Source: Bacteroidota bacterium
GTDB taxonomy: Bacteria; Bacteroidota; Ignavibacteria; UBA10030; UBA8401
Length of the DNA stretch: 64,000 nt
Assembly (NCBI GenBank): GCA_049578505.1
Contig: JBAUMC010000096.1
Location: forward strand, 26,693 to 90,692
Reading direction: 5' to 3'
The notes under the pieces were generated by a model that saw nothing but the letters and a program-made list of their open reading frames with translations, was not told where the DNA came from and did no database searches. Shown piece by piece: positions 28,845-38,083 of the stretch; position 1 is the first letter of the stretch, and each line of letters starts with the position of its first letter. A program made the translations under genes and the position numbers.

Positions 28845-30734
28845 ATGAAAAAAAGCCTTTTACTACTGGCATTTTTTTCGATGGGATTGGTCGCCTACGG
28901 AGGAACGGTGAAGGTTACCTTTTCCGTAGATATGTCGATCTACCAGAAAAACGCCTATTTTAGTCCCGCCACAGATACTGTGTGGGTCGCCGGGGATTTC
29001 AATAGCTGGTCGACGACGGCTAATCGACTTACCCGGGGAACCGGTGCCGATACAGGGACTTATTCGGTGCAGGCGAGTGCTGTTCCATCGGGCGCCATCA
29101 ACTATAAATTTCTCTTTAATCACGCCGGAGTTACTACATGGGACGGCGATCCCAATAGAACGGCAGTGATTGGAGCGAATGATACAACGTTGCCCAAGGC
29201 GTTATTCAACCGTATCACCGGCAATAAGTATCATGTCTGGTTTAAGGTCGACATGACCCTTCCGTTAAAGACCGGTGCAATAGTTCCCCCCCCTGGGGAT
29301 ACTATAGCAGTAACAGGTGACTTTACCAATTGGGGTAGTGGCGCTGCTTTGAAGACCCCTCCGGATACAGGGACTGGATATATAATCCTTACGAAAGATA
29401 CAAAAGACTCGGTCTATGCCGGTATCTGCGATAGTTTAACTTCGGGTAGAACGATTAACTTCAAGTACATCTATTTCGCAAATGGGCAACTTACTTGGGA
29501 AAGCCCTACGCTCAACACAGTAGGCGGCAATCGAACTTATTTTGTCCCCGAACAAGATTCTTCAATATTTTCGGCCTATTGGAATGATCAAAATCCTAAC
29601 GTCCAGCTTGGCACAGGAAATATTAATTTTACGTGCGATATGGGCGTGATGACGGCGGTAGGAATATTTAATCCTGCCGTAGATAGTGTTTTGATGAGTG
29701 CGGGATTTAATGGATGGACCACGAATGCAGCAAATGCTTGGATGACTCAAAATCCTATTAATGATAGTGCCTATTTCTTTACCCAGGCCTTTTCAAATAC
29801 TGCGTATGGACTTAATCCGTACAAGTATTATGTAAAAAAGCACGCTCCAACTGGCATTGATACATTATGGACAGACGGCTATGAAAGACCGCTCTCCTGG
29901 GAGGGTGGTAACAGGGAAACCTATTTCCATGGCGTTGCAAACCAGGATACGACGGCGTACTACGATGACGTATTGCCAGATTGGGTAATTCCAAAAGGAA
30001 CCAATCTGAAAGTTACCTTTACCGTGGATATGAACCCTGCTATGGATGCTGCAAAACAGGCAGTGCCGTTCAACCCGGCTACCGATGTTGTTTATTTTGA
30101 ATCGGAACAACCGACATGGAGACGGACTCAGGGATGGTGGGAGGGAGCAAGCGACACACTGAATTACTTCCCGCTTACCGCGCAAGGAAAAGGTATCTAC
30201 AGCGGTACGATCACTATGAAGGATCCGGCCTTCAATGCATTCCAGTATATCTATGAATTCAAGAGCGGTTCTACCTGGACCTCCGAGCCGATCAGTTTTG
30301 GTGTCGAGTCCAGAGTGAGGTTCGTCGGACAAGATAAAGCGAACCATTTCCCGAAGAATCCGTGGGTTATGCCGAAGGATACATGGACGAATAACCAGAT
30401 CAAAGCAGATCAGGAAACAAATCCATATATATCGCTGACGGGTGTTAGGACCATCAATCAGACCAGCCCGGTCACGTATGCGTTGTCTCAGAACTATCCG
30501 AACCCGTTTAATCCTTCAACGAAGATTAACTTTTCGATTCAAAAAGAGGGCATGGTAACGGTGAAGATATACAACATCCTCGGACAGGAAGTTACAACCC
30601 TTGTGAATTCCGAATTGAAAGCCGGTTCTTATTCGACTGTGTTTGATGCATCACGATTAAGCAGCGGCGTTTATTTCTACACAATTCACGCGGGCGACTT
30701 TGTCCAAGCGAAGAAGATGATGCTGTTGAAGTAA
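28845..30734 (+). CDS. Secreted protein with four CBM20-like modules and a T9SS C-terminal sorting domain (putative surface starch-binding protein)
   Basis: Four repeats of the pattern V.F.VDM...G.FN.W...YK(F/Y)...WE..NR. The C-terminus is NYPNPFNPSTKINFSI...IYNILGQEV...SGVYFYTI...KKMMLLK. Confidence 0.75.
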   Translation: MKKSLLLLAFFSMGLVAYGGTVKVTFSVDMSIYQKNAYFSPATDTVWVAGDFNSWSTTANRLTRGTGADTGTYSVQASAVPSGAINYKFLFNHAGVTTWDGDPNRTAVIGANDTTLPKALFNRITGNKYHVWFKVDMTLPLKTGAIVPPPGDTIAVTGDFTNWGSGAALKTPPDTGTGYIILTKDTKDSVYAGICDSLTSGRTINFKYIYFANGQLTWESPTLNTVGGNRTYFVPEQDSSIFSAYWNDQNPNVQLGTGNINFTCDMGVMTAVGIFNPAVDSVLMSAGFNGWTTNAANAWMTQNPINDSAYFFTQAFSNTAYGLNPYKYYVKKHAPTGIDTLWTDGYERPLSWEGGNRETYFHGVANQDTTAYYDDVLPDWVIPKGTNLKVTFTVDMNPAMDAAKQAVPFNPATDVVYFESEQPTWRRTQGWWEGASDTLNYFPLTAQGKGIYSGTITMKDPAFNAFQYIYEFKSGSTWTSEPISFGVESRVRFVGQDKANHFPKNPWVMPKDTWTNNQIKADQETNPYISLTGVRTINQTSPVTYALSQNYPNPFNPSTKINFSIQKEGMVTVKIYNILGQEVTTLVNSELKAGSYSTVFDASRLSSGVYFYTIHAGDFVQAKKMMLLK

Positions 30735-30803
30735 GCTGGATCAGCAATGACGGGGATGGACGTCAATACGATGATAGAGAACCTCGTCAAGTTACAATCA
30801 AAA

Positions 30804-30840
30804 AACCCAATCCCGAGAATATCGGGATTGGGTTTTGTTT
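30804..30840 (+). terminator. Rho-independent terminator
   Basis: aacccaatcccga-gaata-tcgggattgggtt followed by ttgttt (13-bp perfect stem). Confidence 0.8.
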
Positions 30841-30924
30841 ACTCGTGCGATTGAAAAAGATCGGCAACTGACCGCTTAATTTCTGCCATCGTTCCTCGTG
30901 GCACTTTTAGCGAAAGACCAAGCA

Positions 30925-32772
30925 ATGGGAAAGAACTTATTCTTCATCTTGTGCGCCTCCCTTTTTGTTTTGAACAATACCATGGCACAGAATACAAAAG
31001 AAATTCCACGTGTCCCCGACTGGGCAAAAGATGCAGTGTGGTATCAAATTTTTCCGGAGAGATTTGCAAACGGAGATACAGGTAATGACCCTACTCCACA
31101 CGACATGGCGGGCGCTTGGCCTTATAAAATTCCCGAAGGATGGCATCTCTCACCTTGGACCTCGGATTGGTATGCACTTCAACCATGGGAAAAGGCCAAC
31201 GGCCATGATTTTTACTGGAATGCCGGCGTGCGCCGTTATGGAGGGGATCTGCAAGGAATCATCGACCGGCTTGATTATCTCAAAGACCTCGGTATAACCG
31301 CAATATATTTGAATCCTGTTTTCGAGTCCCCTTCGTCCCATAAATATGATACGCGAATGTATCACCATGTTGATAACAACTTTGGACCGGATCCCGCCGG
31401 AGACGAAAAAATTTGGGCTACCGAAAATCCCGACGACCCTGCAACATGGAAATGGACTTCTGCCGATAAGCTGTTGTTACAGCTTATTCACGAAGTTCAC
31501 AAACGCGGAATGAAAATTATTCTTGACGGAGTGTTCAATCATGTGGGAACATCGTTCTGGGCATTTCAGGATGTTGTAAAGAATCAGCAAAAATCTCTCT
31601 ACAAGGACTGGTTCAGAATAAAGTCTTGGGATGATCCGGCAACCCCTCAAAATGAGTTCGACTACGTGGGATGGAGCGGAGTGAAGGATCTTCCGGAAAT
31701 TAAAAAAGATGAGGAAGGAGTCCTCGCAGCAGGGTTTGCCGATCATATTCATGCTATTGTGAAACGATGGATGGACCCGAACAGCGATGGGAATCCTTCG
31801 GACGGGATCGACGGCTGGAGGCTTGACGTAGCCGAAAAAGTTGGGATTCCTTTTTGGAAACAGTTCCGAATGTGGGTTAAGGATGTTAATCCGAATGCCT
31901 ACATTACAGGCGAAATCTGGTGGCAAAATTGGCCGATCAATCAGATGTATGATGCTTCCCCCTGGCTGCAAGGAGACGCTTTCGATGGGGTGATGAATTA
32001 TCGGTTTGCTCAAGCGGTAAAGAAATTCGTTGTTGATCGCAAGGATCAAATTTCTCCCAAAGCTTTTGCCGACAGCATGATGATGTTGCAAAAGGAGTAT
32101 CATGCCGATAATCTTTATGCGCTTCAGAATCTCGTCGACAGTCATGATGTTGATCGCGTCGGCTCACAAATTGTGAACCCGGACAGATGGTACGATCATT
32201 ATGCTAATCCCGGCCAGAACAAAAAGTACGAAGTTCGAAAGCCGACGGAGCCTGAACTATTACGACAGAAATTGATCGCCGGAATTCAAATGACTATGCC
32301 GGGTGCGCCGATGATTTATTACGGCGATGAAGCGGGCATGTGGGGAGGCGATGATCCCGATTGCCGCAAACCAATGGTGTGGCCCGATAAAAAATACGAG
32401 ACCGAAGTGTCGGACCCTCTCGGCAGAACACGTGAACCGGACTCAGTTTCCTTTAACACCGACCTCTTCAACTGGTATAAACAACTCATTAGCGTTAGAC
32501 GACAACATATCGCGTTATCCCGAGGAGATCTAAAATTCTTCTATCTGGATAATGATGAGCGAGTGATCGGGTATAGCAGAACGCTTAAGGATGAAACAAT
32601 TTTAGTCATCGTCAATAACAGCGCCGAGCGAAAAACTATTACGACGGTTTTGCGCAGCCATAGTAATGATAAAAATGTTTTTCTGAATCTTGTTGATGGC
32701 AAGAGGATTGAGGGGAAGAATAGGAGTTACACGATTGACTTGGAGCCGTATCAATTGCTCATATTACAGTAA
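30925..32772 (+). CDS. GH13 alpha-amylase-family enzyme (neopullulanase/cyclomaltodextrinase-like), with signal peptide
   Basis: Contains DAVWYQIFPERFANGD, GGDLQGIIDRLDYLKDLGITAIYLNPVF, ILDGVFNHVG, GWRLDVA, ITGEIW and VDSHDVDR (GH13 conserved regions I-IV). Confidence 0.9.
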   Translation: MGKNLFFILCASLFVLNNTMAQNTKEIPRVPDWAKDAVWYQIFPERFANGDTGNDPTPHDMAGAWPYKIPEGWHLSPWTSDWYALQPWEKANGHDFYWNAGVRRYGGDLQGIIDRLDYLKDLGITAIYLNPVFESPSSHKYDTRMYHHVDNNFGPDPAGDEKIWATENPDDPATWKWTSADKLLLQLIHEVHKRGMKIILDGVFNHVGTSFWAFQDVVKNQQKSLYKDWFRIKSWDDPATPQNEFDYVGWSGVKDLPEIKKDEEGVLAAGFADHIHAIVKRWMDPNSDGNPSDGIDGWRLDVAEKVGIPFWKQFRMWVKDVNPNAYITGEIWWQNWPINQMYDASPWLQGDAFDGVMNYRFAQAVKKFVVDRKDQISPKAFADSMMMLQKEYHADNLYALQNLVDSHDVDRVGSQIVNPDRWYDHYANPGQNKKYEVRKPTEPELLRQKLIAGIQMTMPGAPMIYYGDEAGMWGGDDPDCRKPMVWPDKKYETEVSDPLGRTREPDSVSFNTDLFNWYKQLISVRRQHIALSRGDLKFFYLDNDERVIGYSRTLKDETILVIVNNSAERKTITTVLRSHSNDKNVFLNLVDGKRIEGKNRSYTIDLEPYQLLILQ

Positions 32773-32839
32773 GAACGTTGAGTAAAAAGATTCTCTGGCG
32801 TTCTATATGAAAAGAGATAAGGATAGCAGCGGGAGCTGG

Positions 32840-32853
32840 TGACAATATTGTCA
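32840..32853. promoter_or_regulatory. Perfect 14-bp palindrome TGACAATATTGTCA (candidate operator)
   Basis: It sits 27 nt upstream of the ATG at 32881. An 11/14 match (TGACAATAAAGACA, 18386-18399) overlaps the putative -35 of the LacI gene. Confidence 0.35.
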
Positions 32854-32880
32854 AGGAGAATCTGATCAACAGTAGACAAC

Positions 32881-34782
32881 ATGGCGATGGTGAAAAAAAT
32901 AAAACCTTTCCAGGATAAAAAAAAAGGCGCTCCTGACCGCCCAAAGCCGACGGCCAAGATTTTCTATTTCGTCTCGCTGTTGATTCCGGTTTTATTCTTC
33001 GTCCTCCTCGAAGGGGCCCTTCGAATCCTCAATTACGGGTATGACTATACACAATGGGTGAATCCAACAAAGGGAAAATACGTCTTAAATCCGAGCGTGG
33101 CTCATAAATATTTCCATGATATTCAGGGTGTGCCGTACTCTAACGGCGACATTTTTGATCAAGAGAAAAAACCGGGGGCATTCCGGATTTTTGTGCTTGG
33201 TGAAAGCAGCGGGGCAGGTTATCCGTTTTCGCCGGTCGGCTCCTTCTCTAGGTATTTGCAGCAACGATTAAGGCTCGTTTATCCGGAGTCGAAGATTGAA
33301 GTAGTTAACTGCAGTTTGACTGCGGTCAACAGCTATACAATGCGCGATTTAGTCCCGGGAATTTTAGAAGAACAGCCGGACCTCATTCTTATCTATGCCG
33401 GCCATAATGAATATTACGGTGCGCTCGGCGTCGGATCGCTGGAATCGTTTGGCACTTCCCGGCGGTTAATCAATTTTGTCATTTACCTTGAACAATTTAA
33501 AACATTCCAGCTTATGAGGAATTTGATAAATGACGCCGAAGGGCTTCTTGCCGGAAACGGGCCGGGACCTTCTGGTACACTGATGTCAAGAATGGCGCAG
33601 AATCAGTACATCGGACTTCAGACCGATGTCTATAAAAATGGAATCGACCAATTTCAGGGAAATATGCATGATATACTGGAGGAGGCCAGAAATAAGGAAG
33701 TTCCGGTGATCTTAGGGACTCTTGCATGCAATTTGAAAGACCAACCTCCGTTTGTTTCAGTCGATGAGAATGGACTTCCGCCGGCCCAAAAAATTTATGA
33801 GCAAGCGAAGGCATCGTACGCAAAAAATGAGTGGCATACTGCAGATTCGCTCTTCAGATATGCTAAAGACCTCGATGCTTTACGATTCAGAGCGCCGACT
33901 GAAATTAACACAACCATCGAAAGCTTAGGGAAGGAATTTCAATATCCAGTTATCAATATCGATTCTGCATTTGATGCGGAGAGCCCGGGCCAAGTTGTCG
34001 GCGATAACCTTATGACCGACCATCTTCATCCTACGCTTCACGGCTATCAAATCATAGAAACACTTTATTATAATGAGATGGAGAAAATCGGAATCATGCC
34101 AAAGTCAACGCCGCTCAACCTTAACCATCATCAACAGGACAGCATCACCGCAGCGAATTTTCCATTTACGAGGCTTGATAGTGTTATCGGGATGTATAGA
34201 ATCAAACTGTTAAAAAATGACTGGCCGTACATTAACAAAAAAAATAAAATTCCCGATGCGCTTCTCCTCCAGCCGCGCGACTATATCGATTCCCTTGCTT
34301 TTGACCTGGTTGAGGACAAGACGAACTGGGACATGGCGCATACTAAAGCCGCGCAGCGGTATGAATCTGAACATAATATCGTATCGGCAGTTCGAGAAAT
34401 GGATGTCCTGATCAATCAATTCCCGATTGTGGCTGAATACTATAATAATGCAGCAAACATGCTTCTGGAGGCCAAAGACTACGACAAAGCCTATTCTTAT
34501 TTGGCCGAGAGTGATAAAATTCAGCCGTCTGCTTATACAACAAAATGGTTGGGGATCATAGGCCTTTCCAAAAATCAAACGGCAGCGGCTGAGAAGTATT
34601 TGAACCAAAGTATAGCGTTCGATCGCAACGATGCACAGGTGTGGTACAACTTGGCAGGTGTTTACATAGAGGAGAAAGATTATCAAAAGGCCCTTCAAAT
34701 GACCGAAAAGGCTTTGTTGTTGAATCCTCGTTATTCGGATGCGCTTGCCCTTCACGCAACGCTTCAAAAAGCATTAAAGTAA
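32881..34782 (+). CDS. Membrane-anchored SGNH/GDSL-type hydrolase with C-terminal TPR repeats
   Basis: N-terminal TM helix. SGNH blocks FVLGESSGAGYP (I), YAGHNEYYG (III) and DHLHPT (V). TPR-like C-terminus (AQVWYNLAGVYIEEKDYQKALQ). Confidence 0.7.
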   Translation: MAMVKKIKPFQDKKKGAPDRPKPTAKIFYFVSLLIPVLFFVLLEGALRILNYGYDYTQWVNPTKGKYVLNPSVAHKYFHDIQGVPYSNGDIFDQEKKPGAFRIFVLGESSGAGYPFSPVGSFSRYLQQRLRLVYPESKIEVVNCSLTAVNSYTMRDLVPGILEEQPDLILIYAGHNEYYGALGVGSLESFGTSRRLINFVIYLEQFKTFQLMRNLINDAEGLLAGNGPGPSGTLMSRMAQNQYIGLQTDVYKNGIDQFQGNMHDILEEARNKEVPVILGTLACNLKDQPPFVSVDENGLPPAQKIYEQAKASYAKNEWHTADSLFRYAKDLDALRFRAPTEINTTIESLGKEFQYPVINIDSAFDAESPGQVVGDNLMTDHLHPTLHGYQIIETLYYNEMEKIGIMPKSTPLNLNHHQQDSITAANFPFTRLDSVIGMYRIKLLKNDWPYINKKNKIPDALLLQPRDYIDSLAFDLVEDKTNWDMAHTKAAQRYESEHNIVSAVREMDVLINQFPIVAEYYNNAANMLLEAKDYDKAYSYLAESDKIQPSAYTTKWLGIIGLSKNQTAAAEKYLNQSIAFDRNDAQVWYNLAGVYIEEKDYQKALQMTEKALLLNPRYSDALALHATLQKALK

Positions 34783-34809
34783 GTTCGACAATAAGGATGG
34801 AGACACTAT

Positions 34810-34846
34810 GACCCGCTTTGCGGGAATGACAAACTAAGCCAGCTCA
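34810..34846. repeat. 3' fragment of the mosaic hairpin repeat
   Basis: gacccgctttgcgggaatgacaaactaagccagc aligns with the terminal module of 734-851 and 51050-51243. Confidence 0.7.
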
Positions 34847-34934
34847 GGATTTTTGAATAAGTTCCTGAGTGTGCCTTGCATAATTTCTAAATTCCTGAAA
34901 TGACTCGTATAATAATTCTAAAGAAGGGTATGTG

Positions 34935-37900
34935 ATGAAGAAGAGAATTTTTGTTTTCGCCGTAATTGTTGCCAGTGCTTTCATCGCGCAGGCGAAAGCT
35001 GCCGACAGCGTCGATGTAACATTTTATTTTAAACCCGGCGATAATCCAACCATCGTTTTTCTCCCGGGAGAATTTGACAATTGGGGGAACAACAGCAGTG
35101 GAGCCATTTCTCCTTCCGACCCCTCCAGAATGACAAAGGATACTTCGACAGGGATTTGGTGGAAGACGGTTCGATTACAAGTCGGCGGCAAAACGGGAGG
35201 GATGTTGCCCGGAGCGTACGAGTATAAGATCAATGAGAATGGAACCTCTGGCGGTTGGCTGCCCGACCCTTCGAATCCGCGCCAGGATGCGGGTAATAAT
35301 AGTAATTCCATTCTCTATGTCAACAGTCCGACAATCGAATACCTGCTGCCGAACTCGACGTCAGGCGTTGTCAATCAGCAGCATCCAATAATAAGTGCCT
35401 ATGTGTTTCCATCCCTAAGCTCTGGTGTCGATACCACAGCAATGCAGATTTGGATTGATTCGACTTCATATACAATTCCTCCTGCTTCATACAACCAAAC
35501 GACGAAATTCATTTCCTTTAAACCCGCAGCTCCGTTGGATAACGGGAACCGAAAAATTAAACTTTCGGTCAGGCATTTTGGAGGTTCGCTTGTTTCCGAC
35601 AGCGCCACATTTAATATACTCGCAGGTCCGATTCAAATCTTAAATCAAAGCGGGCACGTTACGGTGAAAGACTCAATCATCATCATTGGCTCGGTTGAGG
35701 ATATTCGAATTCAATCAGCTAAAATAGTCCAGAACGGTACAGATTCTCAGACGGTAAGCATCACAGGTGGAAACTTTTCGAAGAAAGTCGGTTTGTCTGA
35801 CTCGATAAATACATTTCGCGCAGTTGCTAAAGATAGTACCGGTGCGACCATCGTTTCTGGGCAGTACGTCATCACGCGCTTCATCAATCATTCTCCCATC
35901 GCACTCATTTCGTTTTCGGTGAACGGGGGTTCGATTACCTTGTCTTCGTCGAACAGCACCGATCCCGATTCTCAACAAACTGCATCGTTGACATTATTAT
36001 GGAGCGTTGATCCCAATAATCCTGCGGCAATCACTAGTGTGAACGGCTCAACCGCAAAATCCATCGTCGTTACGACACCTAAGACTCCTGGAGAATATTA
36101 TTTCGGCCTCATCGCAACTGACTCATATGGGAATAAAGACACAACAAGATCATATTTTGGAGTGAACCCCGATGGCTCAGTTACCATTCCTGCGATTAGC
36201 TCAAATCCCCAATGGGTGAAAATGGGGAGGATTTATGAAATGTTTTTTAATTCTTTTACTCCGCAGCAAACCATTAACGCAGCCACGCAACAATTGGATT
36301 ACTTGCAGAAATTGGGAGTCAATATCTTATGGATCATGCCTGTGATGAAAAATAATCAGCGTATCGACAACGGCCCTGGCCCTGGATACAATATCGTCGA
36401 TTTCTACACCGTGGCTCCCGAGTACGGTACGAACGCCGATTTCAAAAATTTTGTCCAGCAAGCACATCAACGGGGGCTGAAGGTTATCCTCGATGTGACT
36501 CCGAATCATACAAGCTCGAATCACCCGTTTGTACTGGACGCGCGGTTATTTACTGCAAATTCTTTCTACTGGAATTTCTATCAACATCAAGAAATCACAA
36601 ATCCGAATTATCACCCTAATATTACTGAAGCAATTACAACCGACGGATTTGTCTATTATTCATCTTTTTCAGACGAAATCTTAAACTATAATTGGGGCGA
36701 TCCTGATGCCCGCGCCTATATGATCGGCGTTTACACCTGGTGGATAAAGGAAATGGGAATAGACGGATATCGGTTCGATGTCTATTGGGGTCCCCATGAT
36801 CGCGCCAACGGCGGGAACGGCGGCGAACTTGAAATGGGTGCGCCGGTAAGAGGAGCAATTAAGCACATTAAGCCCGACGTTTTCATTTTAGGCGAGACGG
36901 CAGCCACAGGTGTTGGAACGGAAACTATCTACGCGGATGAAAACGGCGGCGTTGATGCGGCGTATGACTGGAACCTTTTCCACAACGTCATACAACCTTT
37001 TACTACTTCATCTCCAACACTAAATAATAATGTTACGAATTTTGGCATGGGCGATACTATGGGATTTGTCCCAGGTCCTAATGCTCATTTTATGCGCTTT
37101 CTAGAAAACCACGACGAAACTCGCATCGCAGCGCTATACGGTTCATACGCAAAAACGATGCCGATGGGGACGATGATTTTTACTGTCCCGGGGATCCCGA
37201 TGATCTATTCGGGTCAGGAAGTTGGTTATGGGCTAGGGATCACGAATCCTAATATTGATACGCGCCGTAGCATCATCGATTGGAACAGTGCTGGGAAGGC
37301 TCTGCTTACTCCTCACTACCAGCGTTTGGCGTGGATCCGCGCGACGTTTCCTGAATTCTCGACTCAATCAATGGTTCTTCTTCCCTTAGCGCCTTCAGCA
37401 GGAAGCATGTACGCCTATTCGCGGCCCCTTCTCGACCAAAATGGAATTGCAATTGAGAATTTTAACAGCTTCGCCTCGACAGCTTCCATAACACTCAATA
37501 CTTCCAATGTTTACATGACAGGCGGACCCGTTAACGGAAAAACATATTACCTGAACGATGTCTATAACGACACTGCGTACGCAGTCAGTTTTAACAGCGG
37601 CACATTGAGCTTCAGTGCCACGCTCCCGTCGTACGGATCCGCCGTTTACATTTTGGCAGACTCAGTGATCCATTTAACGGTACCGGCGCTGACATCGGTT
37701 GCGGCTCAAACGCAGCTGACGGTTCCGCTTGCTTTTTCCTTAAGTCAGAATTTTCCAAATCCATTTAACCCCACGACGACGATCCAGTACGCGATACCTC
37801 ATGCTTCGAAAGTCACTTTGAGGGTGTACGATATCCTCGGTCGTATCGTTGCCACACTTGTAAACGAACAAAAGAACGCAGGTACATACAGCGCTGAATT

Positions 37901-37991
37901 TGACGCGAAATCGATGTCATCGGGTGTCTACTACTATCGTTTGACGGCTAATAACAGTACCGATGTGAAACGCATGCTGCTTCTGAAATAA
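34935..37991 (+). CDS. Multidomain GH13 alpha-amylase with an N-terminal CBM48/E-set-like module and a T9SS C-terminal sorting domain
   Basis: VTFYFKPGDNPTIVFLPGEFDNWGNN, and a PKD-like segment. Catalytic regions GVNILWIMPV, ILDVTPNHTS, GYRFDVYWG, ILGETAA and FLENHDETR. C-terminus NFPNPFNPTTTIQYAI..VYDILGRIV..SGVYYYRL..KRMLLLK. Confidence 0.88.
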   Translation: MKKRIFVFAVIVASAFIAQAKAADSVDVTFYFKPGDNPTIVFLPGEFDNWGNNSSGAISPSDPSRMTKDTSTGIWWKTVRLQVGGKTGGMLPGAYEYKINENGTSGGWLPDPSNPRQDAGNNSNSILYVNSPTIEYLLPNSTSGVVNQQHPIISAYVFPSLSSGVDTTAMQIWIDSTSYTIPPASYNQTTKFISFKPAAPLDNGNRKIKLSVRHFGGSLVSDSATFNILAGPIQILNQSGHVTVKDSIIIIGSVEDIRIQSAKIVQNGTDSQTVSITGGNFSKKVGLSDSINTFRAVAKDSTGATIVSGQYVITRFINHSPIALISFSVNGGSITLSSSNSTDPDSQQTASLTLLWSVDPNNPAAITSVNGSTAKSIVVTTPKTPGEYYFGLIATDSYGNKDTTRSYFGVNPDGSVTIPAISSNPQWVKMGRIYEMFFNSFTPQQTINAATQQLDYLQKLGVNILWIMPVMKNNQRIDNGPGPGYNIVDFYTVAPEYGTNADFKNFVQQAHQRGLKVILDVTPNHTSSNHPFVLDARLFTANSFYWNFYQHQEITNPNYHPNITEAITTDGFVYYSSFSDEILNYNWGDPDARAYMIGVYTWWIKEMGIDGYRFDVYWGPHDRANGGNGGELEMGAPVRGAIKHIKPDVFILGETAATGVGTETIYADENGGVDAAYDWNLFHNVIQPFTTSSPTLNNNVTNFGMGDTMGFVPGPNAHFMRFLENHDETRIAALYGSYAKTMPMGTMIFTVPGIPMIYSGQEVGYGLGITNPNIDTRRSIIDWNSAGKALLTPHYQRLAWIRATFPEFSTQSMVLLPLAPSAGSMYAYSRPLLDQNGIAIENFNSFASTASITLNTSNVYMTGGPVNGKTYYLNDVYNDTAYAVSFNSGTLSFSATLPSYGSAVYILADSVIHLTVPALTSVAAQTQLTVPLAFSLSQNFPNPFNPTTTIQYAIPHASKVTLRVYDILGRIVATLVNEQKNAGTYSAEFDAKSMSSGVYYYRLTANNSTDVKRMLLLK

Positions 37992-38083
37992 TCTTGGCGA
38001 TGTCATGACTTTATCAAGTGAATCCGGGGGAAGCGTAATATCGTGTACCCGTCGGTGAATATTAGTCATGGCATCACATTCTC

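Noticed and set aside
31477-32145. Long shadow ORFs antisense to, or out of frame with, real genes: 31477-32145(-), 45079-45723(-), 45816-46358(+), 55815-56540(-), 57351-58118(+), 10614-11078(+) and 3325-3792(-)
   Set aside because: Each lies wholly inside a strongly supported gene. Their Arg/Ser/Pro-rich, low-complexity composition is typical of off-frame translation. None has a recognisable motif.
34876-34913. A promoter upstream of the GH13-T9SS gene, based on a perfect TATAAT at 34908-34913
   Set aside because: There is no acceptable -35 at 16-18 nt spacing (TTGCAT is 26 nt away). The -10 alone is insufficient.
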